From: an uncultured Verrucomicrobiae bacterium
GTDB lineage: Bacteria > Verrucomicrobiota > Verrucomicrobiia > Chthoniobacterales > JAFAMB01
Length of the DNA: 64,000 bases
Reading direction: 5' to 3'
Assembly: GCA_963837955.1 (NCBI GenBank)
Contig: CAWIPH010000001.1
Span: 448,001-512,000, forward strand
The first letter of the stretch is position 1; each line of letters opens with the position of its first letter. The notes under the pieces were generated by a model. It did not search any database. It saw only the letters and a program-made list of their open reading frames with translations, and was not told the origin of the DNA. A program made the position numbers and the translations under genes. Shown in pieces: positions 48,102 through 58,405 of this stretch.

Positions 48102-49181
48102 ATGAGCAATCTCTCCATGAACTACCAGCTTCTCGGCCGCAGCGGCCTGCGCGTTTCTGACCTTTGCCTCGGCACGATGACTTTCGGCGAAGACTGGGGC
48201 TGGGGCTCGGCCAAGGACGAGGCGCGCAAAATCTACGACACCTACCGCGAGGCGGGCGGCAACTTCATCGACACAGCCAACATCTATACCAACGGCTCCA
48301 GCGAAAAACTGGTCGGCGAGTTCATCGCCGGTCACCGGGAAGAGATGGTTCTGGCTACCAAGTACACCAACGCTGCTGTGGGCTTTACCGGTCAGCCCGG
48401 CGCGGACGCCAACGCCGGCGGCAACCAGCGCAAGAACATGGTCCAGGCCGTCGAGGCCAGCCTTAAGCGTCTCGGTACCGACTATATCGATCTCTACTGG
48501 CTGCACATCTGGGACCAGCTCACCCCTGTAGAGGAGGTCATGCGCGGCTTCGATGACCTCGTGCGTGCGGGCAAGGTGCTCTACGTCGGCATCTCAGACG
48601 CGCCGGCCTGGGTCGTGGCGAAATCCAACACTCTGGCCGAACTGCGCGGCTGGACCCCCTACGTAGGCTTGCAGATCGAATACAGCCTACTGGAGCGGAC
48701 GGTCGAGCGGGAACTCGTCCCGATGGCCCGGGACCAACACATGACCGTGCTGGCTTGGTCGCCCCTGCGCAACGGCGTGCTCACCGGCAAGTACCTGCCG
48801 GAAAACGTGAAACAATCCGCGGCGGAAGGCGCGCGGATGCACAGCGAGATGATGAAGGGGTTCGGTTCCGTGGAGGAGACGACCCACGCGACCGTCCGGG
48901 AGATCGTCGCCGTCGGCGAGGAACTGGGCGTCTCGGCGGCACAAGTCGCGCTCGCCTGGCTGCGCTGTCGTCCGGTCCCGGTAATTCCCATCATCGGCGC
49001 GCGCAAACTCTCCCAGCTCGAGGACAACATTCGCAGCCTGGACGTGACGCTTTCGCCGGCACAGCTCCAGCGACTGGACAAAGCCACTGCCGTGTCCAGT
49101 GGGTTCCCTCACCACTTCATGGAGTTGGAATCGGTCCGCGCCATTGTCTTTGGCGGCATGCGGGACCGGATCAAAGCCTGA
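48102..49181 (+). CDS. Aldo/keto reductase
   Basis: LGRSGLRVSDLCLGTMTFG, FIDTANIY, SLKRLGTDYIDLYWLH, WSPL. Confidence 0.95.
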   Translation: MSNLSMNYQLLGRSGLRVSDLCLGTMTFGEDWGWGSAKDEARKIYDTYREAGGNFIDTANIYTNGSSEKLVGEFIAGHREEMVLATKYTNAAVGFTGQPGADANAGGNQRKNMVQAVEASLKRLGTDYIDLYWLHIWDQLTPVEEVMRGFDDLVRAGKVLYVGISDAPAWVVAKSNTLAELRGWTPYVGLQIEYSLLERTVERELVPMARDQHMTVLAWSPLRNGVLTGKYLPENVKQSAAEGARMHSEMMKGFGSVEETTHATVREIVAVGEELGVSAAQVALAWLRCRPVPVIPIIGARKLSQLEDNIRSLDVTLSPAQLQRLDKATAVSSGFPHHFMELESVRAIVFGGMRDRIKA

Positions 49182-49229
49182 TTTGCCATCTGTCATCTGT
49201 CATCACCGTTCGGCGACAGCCGAACGGTG

Positions 49230-50000
49230 CTAGCTATCCCAGCGCTCGAAAACCTTTTCGCGCTGAAATGCTTCGGTGGCAAAAAACACACCTGCCCCCG
49301 CCAATACCAAGACGGTGCCAACGCAGACCAGCAGAATATACTGATTCAGGTATTCCAAGAGAGCGATCTGAGTTCCAAAAATGACCATGCTTGGCAAGGT
49401 CAATAGGCTAGCGAGCAGCCCACCCGTCTTCGGGTCACGGGAACGGACTGCTACGATCATCGCCAGTGAAGCATTTGCGAAAGCAGACACCGGCATCACC
49501 AGAAAAGCCTCGATCAGGAGCCGCGGCGAAAACATGAATCGGAGTAAATCTGGATGGTTCGAAATAAAGTAGGCGACACCCACATAAGCGCCCAAGTAGA
49601 GGTAACCTGCTATGAGCGGAAAAACCAAAGCGGCCAGAATCTTGCCTAGAATCAGATCATGCGTTTTTACCGGTGTGACCAAAAGTGGTTCCAGCGTTTT
49701 TGCTGATTTCTCGATAACCATTGTCTGCATGACCAATGATGCCGAGTAGAGCATCGGCAACATCAAGAGCAGAAAGGCTCTTGACCGGCTGAACCACTCG
49801 GCCGCCACAATATCTTCGGCAACTGCAGGCGAGCGAGTAGAGTTGGTGAAGTCGCCCCCAGAATGGTGTGAGATACTCCCCAACGAGATGACCGAGTAGA
49901 GAAGGATGAAACTTGGTGCAAAGAAAAATCTAAAGAGAAAGCGACGCGTTTTCCGCATTTCCAGCAGCTCTTTGCGCACAATAGTGAGCAGCGGATTCAT
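49230..50000 (-). CDS. ABC-2 type transporter permease
   Basis: IVRKELLE, IEKSAKTLEPLLVTPV...LILGK; about six TMs. Confidence 0.88.
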   Translation of the reverse strand: MNPLLTIVRKELLEMRKTRRFLFRFFFAPSFILLYSVISLGSISHHSGGDFTNSTRSPAVAEDIVAAEWFSRSRAFLLLMLPMLYSASLVMQTMVIEKSAKTLEPLLVTPVKTHDLILGKILAALVFPLIAGYLYLGAYVGVAYFISNHPDLLRFMFSPRLLIEAFLVMPVSAFANASLAMIVAVRSRDPKTGGLLASLLTLPSMVIFGTQIALLEYLNQYILLVCVGTVLVLAGAGVFFATEAFQREKVFERWDS

Positions 50001-50953
50001 TGGGTGCGAGCAAACTGCTCTCGATCTGCTGCCGCCGGGGAATCGACGAGCTCGAGATAGATCTCTTCCAGCGATTTCCGAGCAGGCTCCACCGCATAAA
50101 GCTCCGCACCGGCTTCCACCAAAGCCCGAATGAGTTTCGGCGTGTCTCTCTGTGGATCAACGAGATCTACCCGGAGCACGGATTCCACTGCAGTCGCTCG
50201 CTCGGCGTACCCCAGTCCTTGAACGATAGGCAGCCAAGGCTCAGCGGCGCTACAAAAACGAATCGTGACCACGTTGCCAGATAACTCGGAACGTATTTGC
50301 GATTGCGAACCTTCGAGAATTAACCGGGTCTTTAGAATCGCGATATGATCGCAGACGTCCTCCGCTTCCGCTAAATTGTGAGTCGTCAGAAAAATCGTTC
50401 TGCCGCTGGCTCGGAGCGATTTGACGAAATCGCGGAAGAAACGGGCTGTTGAAGGATCGAGACCGGAAGAGGGCTCGTCCAGGAATAGGACTTCGGGCTC
50501 GTGCGCGAGCGCTCGCACAATGGCGGTTTTTTGGCGCATGCCCTTGGAGAACGTTCCGACGGGTTTGTGCCGGTCTTCCCAGCATTCCAGGAGCTTCAGG
50601 TATTTCTCGATTTGAGATTGGGCGCTCTTCTCGGAAAGACCGTACAACCGTGCGAAAAAAAGAAGGTTCTGCCACGCGGTAAGCTGTTCATATAAACCCG
50701 GTGATTCCGTGAGGAATCCGATACGACGTCGCAGTTGATCCAAGTCACCACTCAACGGGCAGCCTGCCACGATTCCGGTTCCAGAACTCGGGGGCAATAG
50801 GCCTGCTAACATTCGCACCGTAGTGGTCTTGCCGGCGCCGTTCGGTCCGAGAAAGCCGAAAACTGTGGAACTCGGAACTTTGAGGGTAAGATCTTCTACC
50901 GCAATCTTCTGGCGGAACATGCGGGTCAGTGCCGTCGTCTCGATTGCGTGCAT
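49997..50953 (-). CDS. ABC transporter ATP-binding protein
   Basis: GPNGAGKTT, FSKGM, LFLDEP, TTH. Confidence 0.95.
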   Translation of the reverse strand: MHAIETTALTRMFRQKIAVEDLTLKVPSSTVFGFLGPNGAGKTTTVRMLAGLLPPSSGTGIVAGCPLSGDLDQLRRRIGFLTESPGLYEQLTAWQNLLFFARLYGLSEKSAQSQIEKYLKLLECWEDRHKPVGTFSKGMRQKTAIVRALAHEPEVLFLDEPSSGLDPSTARFFRDFVKSLRASGRTIFLTTHNLAEAEDVCDHIAILKTRLILEGSQSQIRSELSGNVVTIRFCSAAEPWLPIVQGLGYAERATAVESVLRVDLVDPQRDTPKLIRALVEAGAELYAVEPARKSLEEIYLELVDSPAAADREQFARTQ

Positions 50954-51065
50954 GGAATTGGTATCAATCCGAGATCGCTCGGTTAAAGCAATCGATTTGC
51001 CGAACAAACTACGCAGCCAATGCTGACGCAGCGCCCTCGAAGGCGAGGGATTTAATTATTATGAA

Positions 51066-51992
51066 TCATGCTAGATGCGTTTGAGCATCGTAATGGCTCA
51101 TTTCGCGGAAACGATCGTAACGGCCGCGGAGTTCTTCCCGGGTAAGGCTAGTCAGTCGATAAAGGCTGAATGATTCGACGCAGAAACTGGCGAGGATGGT
51201 GCCGTGAACGACGGCTCGCTTCAGATCTGTGAAATCGAACTTTGACCGGTTCAGGCTCGCCAAATAGCCGGTGAATCCGCCGGCAAACGTATCGCCAGCA
51301 CCGGTCGGATCTTTCACTTCCTCGAGAGGATAGGCTCCGCAGCTGAAGAACTCGTTGCGCGATAACAATAAACAGCCGTGCTCGCCCTTTTTGATCGCCA
51401 CATACTTCGGACCTAGATCGAGAATTTTTTTGGCGGCTTTGACCAAATTTTCTTCCTCCGTCAGCTGGCGCGCTTCGCCGTCGTTCAAGACCAACAAATC
51501 AATTCTGCCCAAAAGCTTGATCAATTCGGGCTGCGCTATGGTGATCCAAAGATCCATTGTATCGGCAACCACGAAGTCCGGTCGTTCGCTCTGATCGAGC
51601 ACGTGATTTTGCAGGTCTGGGCCGATGTTCCCTAACAGGATGATCGAAGCCGATCGGTAAGCCGCTGGCAAATTTGGACTGAACGTCTCGAAAACATTGA
51701 GTTCCGTATGCAACGTGCGCCGCTTGTTCATGTCGGCCTCATATTCGCCTGACCATCGAAATGTTTTACCTTCGACGACCTGAAGCCCGGTAAGATCAAT
51801 TTGGCGTTCGCGAAAGAGTTCGAGATGCTTTTTAGGGAAATCAGAGCCCACTATTCCGACCAGGTCTACCGGCTGAAAGAAACTGGCGCTTACGGCGGCG
51901 TATGAAGCGGATCCACCCAGAAGATCGGGATGTTCTTCGGTTTGAGTTTTAATGCTATCCAACGCGACGGACCCTACAATCAAGACGGACAT
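51066..51992 (-). CDS. PfkB-family carbohydrate kinase
   Basis: GSVALD, LGGSA, KKGEHG, DPTGAGDTFAGG. Confidence 0.95.
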   Translation of the reverse strand: MSVLIVGSVALDSIKTQTEEHPDLLGGSASYAAVSASFFQPVDLVGIVGSDFPKKHLELFRERQIDLTGLQVVEGKTFRWSGEYEADMNKRRTLHTELNVFETFSPNLPAAYRSASIILLGNIGPDLQNHVLDQSERPDFVVADTMDLWITIAQPELIKLLGRIDLLVLNDGEARQLTEEENLVKAAKKILDLGPKYVAIKKGEHGCLLLSRNEFFSCGAYPLEEVKDPTGAGDTFAGGFTGYLASLNRSKFDFTDLKRAVVHGTILASFCVESFSLYRLTSLTREELRGRYDRFREMSHYDAQTHLA

Positions 51993-52106
51993 TGCGGCAC
52001 ACAGTTGAGCAAAGAGAGTAAGTCTGCCAGCGGTTTTTTGGGAGGTGGGAGCTCTCGGCGCCGAAGGCGCGTTGCGCTATAGGCGGGAGATCAGAACCCC
52101 TGATTT

Positions 52107-52310
52107 GGTAGGGCGAAAACCTCGGCGCCCCACGGAAGCGATGTGATATGTGTGCTTAGCGCCGGGTTTGAGCCGGGCGTGCCACGAATTGCGTCGGTCG
52201 TTCTGGATGGGTCGCTATCGGCAAGAGGAGTGGGCGAGGTTACAATGGCCACGGGCAAAAACCGCGAACGGCTCAATCCCGCTGAGACGGAGTCGGGCTT
52301 TCGCCCTACC
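52107..52310. repeat. REPIN with GGTAGGGCGAAA/TTTCGCCCTACC ends
   Basis: Perfect 12-bp terminal inverted repeats; right part resembles 58238-58297. Confidence 0.85.
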
Positions 52311-52370
52311 GATCCTGGGCGCGTCGAATGCCAAACGGTTTCAGCGCGCGAGTAGCGCACTGCGGATCGC

Positions 52371-52991
52371 TTATAAAAACGCCTTAATCGCGCGTGTTCT
52401 AGCGTTGATATCGGGTGCCAAAAGCAGGTCCGAGACGATGCAAAGCCTTTCACCTCCTGCGTTCGTGACTTTGGTAAAATTCGTCTCTGTGATGCCACCG
52501 ATGCAGAATACCGGTATTTTCACGCTGTTTCGAAGTTTCTTAAGGTCACGTAGACCGATGGCTGGAACGTCGGGTTTTGTCTGGGTGGGAAAAATCGGAC
52601 CGAAACCGATGTAGTTGGCGCCTTCGGCTTCAGCGGCAAGCGCTTGCTCAATGGTGTGAGTCGATTTCCCGACAATGACCGATCGACCGGCAAGCTCGCG
52701 GGCTTGGGCGATAGAAGAGTCGACCTGACCGACGTGACAGCCTTCGGCGTTTACCTCACGCAAGAGCTGTGGGTGATCGTTGATGATCAACGGGACATTG
52801 GCCTCCTGGGTGATTCGCAACATGGTTTCCGCTAATCGACGGACCAGGTCGAGCGGGCTATTCTTTGCCCGCAGTTGCAGAAGATCGATACCACCGCGGA
52901 CAAGCTTCTGTGTGACGTCAGAGACGGCATCCGGCTGGACGTATCCGAGATCAACGATGCCGTACAAGAAACAATGATCGAGGGTATTCAC
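52371..52991 (-). CDS. thiE: Thiamine-phosphate synthase
   Basis: QLRAK, LIIND, HVGQ, GKSTH, GPIFPTQTK, IGGI. Confidence 0.95.
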   Translation of the reverse strand: MNTLDHCFLYGIVDLGYVQPDAVSDVTQKLVRGGIDLLQLRAKNSPLDLVRRLAETMLRITQEANVPLIINDHPQLLREVNAEGCHVGQVDSSIAQARELAGRSVIVGKSTHTIEQALAAEAEGANYIGFGPIFPTQTKPDVPAIGLRDLKKLRNSVKIPVFCIGGITETNFTKVTNAGGERLCIVSDLLLAPDINARTRAIKAFL

Positions 52992-52997
52992 AGAGAT

Positions 52998-54362
52998 TTA
53001 TCGCTTCATCTCAAGATGCTTCATTCCAATGATTTTTTCGACAAAGCCGGTATCGAAATCTCCCCGCAGGAAATCTGCGTTCTCCATAATCTTTGCTTGA
53101 AACGGAATCGTCGTCTTGATCCCGGTGATGAGGTATTCGCTAAGTGCTCGAGCCATCCGGCGGATCGCGCCAGTCCGGGTTGAACTCACGCAGATCAGCT
53201 TCGAAATCATGGAATCATAATAGGGAGGAATAGTATACCCGGAATAGATGTGCGAATCGATCCGGACTCCCCGTCCCCCTGGCGCGTAATAGAGTTCGAT
53301 TGTCCCGGGGGAGGGTTGAAAATTTGCATCAGGATCTTCTGCGTTGATTCGGCATTCGATCGCGTGACTTCGCGGTTGTGCATTCACGATATGTTCAGAC
53401 AGCGGTTCTCCGGCAGCGATTCTGATCTGTTCACGGACGAGGTCGCATCCATACGCCTCTTCCGTCACGGGGTGTTCGACCTGAATTCGCGTGTTCATTT
53501 CCAAGAAGTAGAAACTACCGGCTCGATCGACCAGATATTCCATAGTACCCGCGTTCTCGTAACCAACAGCCGCAGCGAGTTTCACGGAGCAATCGCCCAT
53601 TCTTTCTCGAAGATCGGCGTCAAGCAAAGGCGACGGGCATTCCTCGACAATCTTTTGGTTACGCCGCTGGATCGAACAATCCCGTTCTCCGAGATGGACT
53701 ATCCGACCGTGGCTGTCCCCCATAACTTGGAATTCAATGTGGTGAGGCCGCTCAATGAGTTTTTCAATGTAGACGGTGCTATTGCCGAACGCTTTCTCCG
53801 CCTCCGTCCGGGCAGCGTGGAAGCCCTGGATCAAGCTGCCGTCGTTGTGGGCCGGCCGCATTCCGCGACCGCCACCGCCCGCAACAGCTTTGATCATCAC
53901 GGGGTAACCGATTTTTTTCGCGATCTTTAGAGCTTGTTGCTCCGTTTCTATGACACCGTCGCTGCCCGGTGTAACCGGCACACCTGCTTTTCGGGCCTGT
54001 TCCCGAGCGGAGTTCTTGTCTCCCATAGCTCGGATGGCCCGGGCCGAAGGACCAATGAACTTGATATTGCAGCTGTTGCAGACGTCGGCAAAATGCGAAT
54101 TCTCAGCCAGAAAACCGTACCCCGGATGAATGGCGTCAACATCGGTAATTTCGGCGGCGCTAATTATGCGGTCGATCTTCAGATAACTTTCAGAGCTGGG
54201 TGCCTGTCCGACACAAACCGCCTCATCCGCGAGTTGGACATGCAAAGAATCGACGTCCGCCTCGGAGTAAATGGCAACCGTAGCAATCCCAAGTTCCTTA
54301 CAAGCCCGAATAATCCGCAATGCGATTTCGCCGCGATTAGCGATCAGAATTTTGTTGAACAC
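52998..54362 (-). CDS. accC: Acetyl-CoA carboxylase biotin carboxylase
   Basis: [38 protein letters not shown]. Confidence 0.97.
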   Translation of the reverse strand: MFNKILIANRGEIALRIIRACKELGIATVAIYSEADVDSLHVQLADEAVCVGQAPSSESYLKIDRIISAAEITDVDAIHPGYGFLAENSHFADVCNSCNIKFIGPSARAIRAMGDKNSAREQARKAGVPVTPGSDGVIETEQQALKIAKKIGYPVMIKAVAGGGGRGMRPAHNDGSLIQGFHAARTEAEKAFGNSTVYIEKLIERPHHIEFQVMGDSHGRIVHLGERDCSIQRRNQKIVEECPSPLLDADLRERMGDCSVKLAAAVGYENAGTMEYLVDRAGSFYFLEMNTRIQVEHPVTEEAYGCDLVREQIRIAAGEPLSEHIVNAQPRSHAIECRINAEDPDANFQPSPGTIELYYAPGGRGVRIDSHIYSGYTIPPYYDSMISKLICVSSTRTGAIRRMARALSEYLITGIKTTIPFQAKIMENADFLRGDFDTGFVEKIIGMKHLEMKR

Positions 54363-54363
54363 G

Positions 54364-54840
54364 CTACTTCACTCGGAAAAGTGGTTGGCCGAACTGGACC
54401 GGAGTGCCGTTTTCTACCAACACTTCTACAATGATACCGCGCACTTCCGCCTTGATCTCGTTCATCACTTTCATGGCCTCGATGATACATACTACTGATT
54501 CTTCATTGATCTCTTGACCCGGCTGAACGTAGGGAGCCGAATCCGGCGAAGAAGCTCGATAAAACGTGCCAACCATCGGCGAGACAATCTCTTTAAGCTT
54601 CGATTTTTCTTCCCCGACCGCGCTTGATCCTGTGACATTTGCCGGAACGGACGCCATCGCGGTCGGCGGAATGGCCGCTGAGATGACGGGAGCTACCGGA
54701 CGATGCGCTTCTAGTTCAAGCTTGAATCCCTCGCGTTCCAGCTTGAAAACTGCGAGGTCGTTTTTTTTCATTAAGTCGATGATCGCTCTGATGTCGTCCA
54801 GATCCAAAGTGGGGTTCTCCTCGTTTCGATGGAGCGTCAT
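54364..54840 (-). CDS. accB: Biotin carboxyl carrier protein (start may be about 33 nt further in)
   Basis: [17 protein letters not shown] biotinylation motif. Confidence 0.95.
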   Translation of the reverse strand: MTLHRNEENPTLDLDDIRAIIDLMKKNDLAVFKLEREGFKLELEAHRPVAPVISAAIPPTAMASVPANVTGSSAVGEEKSKLKEIVSPMVGTFYRASSPDSAPYVQPGQEINEESVVCIIEAMKVMNEIKAEVRGIIVEVLVENGTPVQFGQPLFRVK

Positions 54841-55155
54841 GTTAGGCTGCGGTCGAGAGATCGCGCAAGTGAGTTTCTTTACGCCATTTAGGGGGGACAG
54901 TAGCCTGATCCTCCTGGCTCAGGGGTACAGCGAGTGAGAGGTGAGAAGTGACTGGTGAATGGTGGGCGATCTCTGCCGTCGATTCGTCGATAAGCGTCCA
55001 CCACCCTCTCATTAATCACTAGTCATCGGTATGCTCCCTGAGGGCTGGACGGTTTTCCGGGGTTGAAACCTCGGCTGTGCGCCCTCCCCCTCCGGGCAGA
55101 AGCCAGGCATCGGCCTTATGTTGACGCGCATGCGCCGCCGCGGGACCGGTACTGA

Positions 55156-55773
55156 ATGGATGATCACCACCAGTCGTTGAGCAAATTGGTCGAGGCGCTG
55201 CGTGGCTGCCACCGTTGCCCGCAGATGCAGTTTTCTCCTGTCAGCGGTGGACCGGTCTCCAGTCGAGTTATTTTAGTGGGGCAAGCTCCCGGATTTCGAG
55301 AACCGCAGGTGGGTCGACCTTTCGCTTGGACCGCTGGGAAGACATTATTCAAATGGTTTTCTGAAGTAGCTGACGTGGATGAGACCAACTTTAGGGCAAC
55401 TGTCTATATGGCTGCGGTGTGTCGTTGTTTTCCCGGTAAAACGGCAGCTGGCGACCGAGTTCCCTCCAGAGTGGAAATCGAAAACTGCTCTTCTTGGTTA
55501 GACGCCGAGATCAGCCTGCTCTCTCCCGGACTCGTGATCCCAGTGGGGAAACTGGCTATCGCCCAATTTATTCAACCAGTCTCCGCTCTCACCGAGATAA
55601 TCGGTCAAATGCGGCTGGTCGAGCGGGCGGGAAAACGTTTCGATGTTGTCCCATTACCACATCCGTCCGGTGCTTCTCCATGGCACCGTATTGAACCGGG
55701 GAAATCGCTCACCCGACGGGCGCTCGAGTTGATCCGGGACCATCCAGCATGGAAAAACCGGATTGCACGGTAG
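55156..55773 (+). CDS. Uracil-DNA glycosylase-family protein
   Basis: CHRC, GQAPG, CRCFPGK, LPHPSG. Confidence 0.9.
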   Translation: MDDHHQSLSKLVEALRGCHRCPQMQFSPVSGGPVSSRVILVGQAPGFREPQVGRPFAWTAGKTLFKWFSEVADVDETNFRATVYMAAVCRCFPGKTAAGDRVPSRVEIENCSSWLDAEISLLSPGLVIPVGKLAIAQFIQPVSALTEIIGQMRLVERAGKRFDVVPLPHPSGASPWHRIEPGKSLTRRALELIRDHPAWKNRIAR

Positions 55774-55780
55774 CAACACG

Positions 55781-55966
55781 AGGAAGCTGGGCAAAGCGGA
55801 GTATGGGTGGCAGCGATGTTCGTTTCATCACACGATCCGCTCTTTCGAAAGCGCTGAAGAGAAGGCCGCGTACATCTTACAGAATCCCGTTCGACGGGGG
55901 TTGGTCAAGAGAGCAGGGGATTGGCCATTCCGCGGCGAGATCTTTAGGGCCGAACGCTGGTGGTGA
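55781..55966 (+). pseudogene. C-terminal remnant of a REP-associated tyrosine transposase (RAYT, Y1/HUH family)
   Basis: WQRCSFHHTIRSFESAEEKAAYILQNPVRRGLVKRAGDWPF fits the RAYT pattern WQ..F.(D)H.IR...YI..NPV..GL....DWP; no HUH half. Confidence 0.85.
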
Positions 55967-55974
55967 GACGAGCC

Positions 55975-55999
55975 GGACCGGCGGGAGCCGGTCCCTACC
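55975..55999. repeat. GTAG-type REP next to the RAYT remnant
   Basis: GGACCGGC-GGGA-GCCGGTCC-CTACC. Confidence 0.8.
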
Positions 56000-56045
56000 A
56001 GCAAAGATCTGCTTGCTTTCTTTGCAGCCCAGCGAAGGAATGCAC

Positions 56046-56822
56046 ATGCACGATCTGTACGTTGAACCGCGGCTGCGGCCCATCGAGAGGGGCGCTCTGG
56101 TCGGCCGGATCGCTCTGGTTACTGGTGCTTCCCGAGGTATTGGGGCGGTTACAGCCCGGGTCTTAGCTCAAGCTGGGGCAGAGGTCATTTTGAATTACCG
56201 GAGCAAAGGATCTCGTGCCGAAAAGGTTGCCGCGGAGATCGTGACTGCCGGAGGGAAGGCTTCGGCGATTCAATGCGACATCACCGTTTCGCGTGAAGTC
56301 GACGCCATGTTGGAACAAATACGGCAAGAATTTGGTTCTTTGAACTTTCTGATCCTCAATGCAAGCGGGGGTCTGGAGAAGGACAAGGGCGAGGATTATT
56401 CCCTGCTTCTCAATCGCACGGCGCAAATTGATCTCCTTAAAAAAAGCGTGCCTCTATTGAAGCCGCATGGACGGACGGTTTTCGTTACTAGCCATCTGGC
56501 TCATTTTTACGGGAAGAAACCGGTCTACCCCGGCTACGAACCGGTGGCGATCGGCAAACAGGCGGGGGAGAAAGCACTTCGGGCAATGATCCCGCAGCTC
56601 GCCGACAACGAGATCTCGCTCATCATCGTGAGCGGGGACATGATCGAAGGCACAATTACCCCAAAGTTGTTGAACCGGACCAATCGGGGGTTAATCGAAT
56701 TTCGCCGCGAACAAGCTGGACGACTTCCGACGGTCGAAGAGTTCGGCCGGGCGATCGCCGAAGCTGCCGCAGACCCTGATCTCCGATCCGGCGCGACTGT
56801 GTACGTCGGCGGTACGGACTGA
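56046..56822 (+). CDS. SDR-family oxidoreductase
   Basis: ALVTGASRGIG, CDIT, LILNASGG, Y..V..GK; GAAGGA ribosome-binding site upstream. Confidence 0.9.
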   Translation: MHDLYVEPRLRPIERGALVGRIALVTGASRGIGAVTARVLAQAGAEVILNYRSKGSRAEKVAAEIVTAGGKASAIQCDITVSREVDAMLEQIRQEFGSLNFLILNASGGLEKDKGEDYSLLLNRTAQIDLLKKSVPLLKPHGRTVFVTSHLAHFYGKKPVYPGYEPVAIGKQAGEKALRAMIPQLADNEISLIIVSGDMIEGTITPKLLNRTNRGLIEFRREQAGRLPTVEEFGRAIAEAAADPDLRSGATVYVGGTD

Positions 56823-56831
56823 GAAAAGAAG

Positions 56832-57227
56832 CTCACGCCAAGACGCCAGGGAGAGAACAAAAAACTCACGCAAAGACGCGAAGACGCAAAGGAAAACAGG
56901 TTAAGAAAACCTCACGCAAAGACGCCAAGGCGCAAAGGGAGAGAAAGTACAGGATAGGCGTCGGTTCGCAGATTATAGGTAGGGCGAAAGCCTGATTCCG
57001 TCTAAGCGGGATCGGCTTGAGCCGTTGGTGTTTTTACCCAAAGGCCCGTTATCACGAACTCGCGAATCTCTTGTATCTTTCCTTCTTTGCGCCTTGGCGT
57101 CTTTGCGTGAGGTTTTCTTAGCCTGTTTCCCTTTGCGTCTTGGCGTCTTTGCGTGAGATCTGTTCTCTTCTTGTGCGTCTTCGTGTCTTTGCGTGAGTCT
57201 TTTGTTCTCTTTACGTCTTGGCGTGAG
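56832..57227. repeat. Palindromic composite: CACGCAAAGACGC-type arms around a core with a GTAG REP
   Basis: 56911-57111 is the near reverse complement of 58158-58365. Confidence 0.9.
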
Positions 57228-58101
57228 ATCGGTCTTCTTCGCTCAGGATTTTCCAGGTTGTCCTAACTGCCAGGCTGGTCGCTCGCACATTGTGGACGCG
57301 GAAAATGGAGGCGTTACTTTGCATGCCGGCGACGACGCATGCGATCGTACCGGCATCGCGATCTCTCGGATCTGGAAGCTCCAGCACTTCGCCGATCAAG
57401 GTCTTGCGCGAAACGGGGAGGAGGATAGGTCGCTCGAATTGGCCTAGTCGTCGCAGTTCGCGCAGAATCCTCAAATTGTCGCCTCGTTGCTTAGCAAAAT
57501 CGAGTCCGGGATCGATCACGATGGCTTCGCGGGCTAAGCCCGCTTTCTCAGCCAATGCCAGTTTGTCTGCAAAAAACTGTTCTAAGGTTCGCATGATGTC
57601 CGCGTACTGAACATTGGTATGCTTCTGCTTCGGCAAACCGATCGAATGCATGATCAGAAGCGCGACGCTATGACGCATGGCAATGCGGGCGTTCTCGTCG
57701 GTTGAGAGCGCGCTCATATCATTCAATAAATCTCCGCCCAAATTCAGCAGCGTGTCGGCAACTCGGGAACGCCAAGTATTCACGGAGAGAAGAGGCGGGA
57801 AAATCTGAGCCTCATCGATCGGATTCAACCCCTGATAGGATTCGGGGAACCGAACGATGAATGGAGCTACGCGATCGATTTCTTCCTGTTCGCTGATTTC
57901 CAGCCGATTCGTACGAGCGCTCTCGCCACCCACATCAATCAAGTCGGCTCCTTCGCTAACGAGCTCGCGCGCATGAAGGATTGCCTCGCTTATGTTCAGG
58001 GTGCCGTCTCCGGAAAACGAGTCATCGTTCAGATTCACAATGCCCATCACCAAAGGCCGGCGCGGGAACGCAATCTGTTTTTGTTTAGCTCGTAGAATCA
58101 T
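57211..58101 (-). CDS. folP: Dihydropteroate synthase
   Basis: MGIVNLNDDSFSGDG, IDVGGES, IDPG, SRK, FRVHNV. Confidence 0.95.
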   Translation of the reverse strand: MILRAKQKQIAFPRRPLVMGIVNLNDDSFSGDGTLNISEAILHARELVSEGADLIDVGGESARTNRLEISEQEEIDRVAPFIVRFPESYQGLNPIDEAQIFPPLLSVNTWRSRVADTLLNLGGDLLNDMSALSTDENARIAMRHSVALLIMHSIGLPKQKHTNVQYADIMRTLEQFFADKLALAEKAGLAREAIVIDPGLDFAKQRGDNLRILRELRRLGQFERPILLPVSRKTLIGEVLELPDPRDRDAGTIACVVAGMQSNASIFRVHNVRATSLAVRTTWKILSEEDRSHAKT

Positions 58102-58118
58102 CGGGAGGAGAGGAAAAA

Positions 58119-58395
58119 CTCACGCTAAGACGCGAAGAAAACAGGATACAGAAAAGTCTCACGCAAAGACGCGAAGACGCAAAGGAAGAGATACGAGAGA
58201 TACGAGAGATTCGCGAGTTCGTGATAACAGGCCTTTGGGTAAAACACCAACGGCTCAAACCGATCCCGCTCAGACGGAATCAGGCTTTCGCCCTACCTAT
58301 AATCTGCGAACCGACGCCTATCCTGTACCTTCCTCTCCCTTTGCGTCTTTGCGTCTTTGCGTGAGATCTCTCCTCTTCTTGTGCGTCTTTGCGTG
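58119..58395. repeat. Inverted second copy of the folP-flanking composite repeat
   Basis: Same arms and core as 56832-57227, opposite orientation. Confidence 0.9.
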
Positions 58396-58405
58396 GGCGT
58401 GACCG

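Noticed and set aside
55749..56045. N-terminal extension of the 357-aa SDR ORF
   Set aside because: It overlaps the RAYT remnant in another frame and a REP; a ribosome-binding site supports a start at 56040/56046
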